Below, piece after piece: positions 52,073 to 53,599 of a stretch of 53,599 nucleotides of DNA. Position 1 is the first letter of the stretch. Every line of letters begins with the position of its first letter. The position numbers were made by a program, and so were the translations under genes. The DNA is from Bacillales bacterium UBA3835 (GTDB lineage: Bacteria > Bacillota_I > Bacilli_A > RFN20 > CAG-826). Below the pieces are notes generated by a model that worked only from the letters and a program-made list of their open reading frames with translations, was not told the origin of the DNA and did not search any database. The stretch is from the NCBI GenBank assembly GCA_002392945.1, contig DGHZ01000010.1, forward strand, positions 1 to 53,599, in the 5' to 3' direction.

Positions 52073-52742
52073 TAATACCTTTCTCTTCTAATTTTGCATT
52101 AATAATCTCGATGACTTTATTAACAACTTCTTCAACAGTCATGAAAGATGTATCTAAAGTTAAAGCATCAGGAGCGCATTTTAAAGGTGCGAATTCTCTA
52201 TGAGAATCGATATAGTCTCTTTTACGGACATCATTTTCAATTTCTTCTAAAGTGCAAGGAATACCTTTAGCGATATTCTCATCATATCTTCTAACCGCTC
52301 TAGTTTCTACAGAGGCAATTTGGAAGATTTTCACATCTGCGTTAGGAAGAACATATGTTCCTATGTCTCTTCCATCCATAATCACAGAATCTTTAGCCGC
52401 CATTGCTCTTTGTTGATCAACTAAAAATAATCTAATGTCTTTATAAGAAGCAATGTAACTAACGTTACCAGAAACACGAGGTTCTCTAATTTCTTTTGTG
52501 ACATCAAATTCATTACAAAGAACTTGTCCGCTTGGTCTTAATTGAATAGTAACTTCAGGAATTAAAGCGCAACATTCTGCTTCGTTTTGGCAGTCTACTC
52601 CTTTTTCCATACAATACCATGTAAATGCACGATACATCGCACCGGTATCAATATAGGTGTAGCCTAAGCGCTTAGCAACTTCCTTAGCAACAGTAGATTT
52701 TCCAGCAGCGGCCGGACCATCAATAGCAACAGCAATTTTCAT
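52065..52742 (-). CDS. cmk: (d)CMP kinase
   Basis: ORF track 225 aa. Motifs IAIDGPAAAGKSTVAK, YIDTGAMYR and DGRDIGT. Overlaps der by 8 nt. Confidence 0.95.
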   Translation of the reverse strand: MKIAVAIDGPAAAGKSTVAKEVAKRLGYTYIDTGAMYRAFTWYCMEKGVDCQNEAECCALIPEVTIQLRPSGQVLCNEFDVTKEIREPRVSGNVSYIASYKDIRLFLVDQQRAMAAKDSVIMDGRDIGTYVLPNADVKIFQIASVETRAVRRYDENIAKGIPCTLEEIENDVRKRDYIDSHREFAPLKCAPDALTLDTSFMTVEEVVNKVIEIINAKLEEKGING

Positions 52743-52754
52743 AATTATGTCCTC

Positions 52755-52982
52755 CTAAAAGACAATTACTCCAAATATAACAAGTAGAGCAATAATGCTA
52801 ACAATAGCTAATGCTATCGATAAATTAATTACTCTATTTTTAATAGTGATTTTCTTAAAAAAACCCGCTTCGTCAGCGAAATTTTCGTGAGTAGAAGGGG
52901 TTTTTAAAACAGGGATATTGTCACTTCTAGCGGCAATAGCTTGACGATATTTGCGATATTTCTCAATTCGTGTCCCTGCCAT
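52755..52982 (-). CDS. Small single-pass membrane protein, function unknown
   Basis: ORF track 75 aa. Basic N-terminal half and a C-terminal TM helix (LSIALAIVSIIALLVIFGVIVF). Tightly packed between lysS and cmk on the same strand. Confidence 0.45.
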   Translation of the reverse strand: MAGTRIEKYRKYRQAIAARSDNIPVLKTPSTHENFADEAGFFKKITIKNRVINLSIALAIVSIIALLVIFGVIVF

Positions 52983-52991
52983 AATCTATGA

Positions 52992-53599
52992 TTATCTATC
53001 TTTCATCATTGGGAATAAGATGACTTCTCTAATGTTTTCTTGGTTAGTGAGTAACATCACAAGTCTATCGATACCCATTCCAATTCCACCTGCAGGTGGC
53101 ATGCCGTATTCTAGAGCCTCAATGAAGTCGTTATCCATTTCATTAGCCTCATCATCACCAAGTTCTTTAGCCTTAAGTTGAGCTAAGAATCTCTCTTTTT
53201 GATCAAATGGATCATTAAGTTCTGTATAAGCATTCGCTAATTCTTTTCCATTAACAAATAATTCAAATCTTTCAGTATAACGAGGATCTTTCCCTTTTTT
53301 AGTTAAAGGAGATACTTCGATTGGATAAGAATAAACAAATGTTGGTTGAATAAGTTCTGCTTCGCAAAATTCTTCAAAAAATTCATTCATCACATGACCA
53401 ACTGTGTTTTTATGCTTTTCAAGTTTAATACCTTTAGATTCCGCAAGTTTTTTAGCTTCTTCGAAATTATAAATCTTTCTAAAATCAACACCGGTTTTTT
53501 CTAAAATAAGGTCTGCCATAGAAACCCATCTAAATGGTTTATGGAAATTAATAACTTTATCTTGATAAGTGACTATATCGCTACCAGTAACATCTTTAG
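52992..53599 (-). CDS. lysS: Lysine--tRNA ligase, class II, 5'-truncated by the window edge (C-terminal ~200 aa present)
   Basis: The frame stays open upstream of the track Met to the window end ([30 protein letters not shown]...). Class II motifs 2/3 region: [22 protein letters not shown] and [18 protein letters not shown]. Confidence 0.93.
   Translation of the reverse strand, partial: KDVTGSDIVTYQDKVINFHKPFRWVSMADLILEKTGVDFRKIYNFEEAKKLAESKGIKLEKHKNTVGHVMNEFFEEFCEAELIQPTFVYSYPIEVSPLTKKGKDPRYTERFELFVNGKELANAYTELNDPFDQKERFLAQLKAKELGDDEANEMDNDFIEALEYGMPPAGGIGMGIDRLVMLLTNQENIREVILFPMMKDR

Noticed and set aside
1-53599. CRISPR arrays, rRNA genes, insertion sequences, integrases, prophage or conjugation genes, toxin-antitoxin pairs, recognisable defence systems
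   Set aside because: The intergenic regions and all ORFs were scanned. No regularly spaced direct repeats, no transposase, recombinase or phage-like proteins and no terminal inverted repeats were seen.

Overview
AT-rich bacterial chromosome segment read with the standard genetic code: TGA acts as a stop (e.g. 38170-38172) and Trp is TGG. Most genes lie on the minus strand. The content is mostly housekeeping and the gene order is Bacillus-like: gpsB-rnpB-pgsA-cinA-recA, rny-ymdB-miaB-ymcA-miaA, recU, dnaD-nth, and lysS...cmk-der-hup. This fits a low-GC Bacillota / Mycoplasmatota genome (Acholeplasma- or Erysipelotrichia-like); no species can be assigned from the sequence alone. I support 55 protein-coding genes, two of them cut by the window edges (cysE on the left, lysS on the right). 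RNA genes are 7 tRNAs (Leu-GAG; a Val-Tyr-Gln-Lys-Leu cluster; Gln-CTG), all with encoded CCA, and a type-B RNase P RNA. Regulatory features are a SAM-I riboswitch before metK, an OhrR-type operator before a gpx-ohrR-CDF unit, a few sigma-A-like promoters and several intrinsic terminators. I saw no rRNA, CRISPR array, transposase, integrase or phage genes. Five observations deserve follow-up. (1) An identical bipartite 5' element (TTTTTTTCACAA-N18-TCTGTATATAGTGAGGAG) precedes both recA and an uncharacterised 125-aa protein gene 44 kb away. (2) Two modular, very acidic paralogous lipoproteins flank a two-gene cassette of unknown function (7.9-12.7 kb). (3) Two tandem, translationally coupled MacB-type fused ABC ATPase-permease genes have very unequal extracytoplasmic domains. 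(4) A structured ~170-nt region in a 490-nt convergent intergenic gap may be an orphan sRNA. (5) rnpB is wedged between the gpsB stop codon and the pgsA ribosome-binding site. All functional calls rest on motif and family recognition by eye; no database search was possible.
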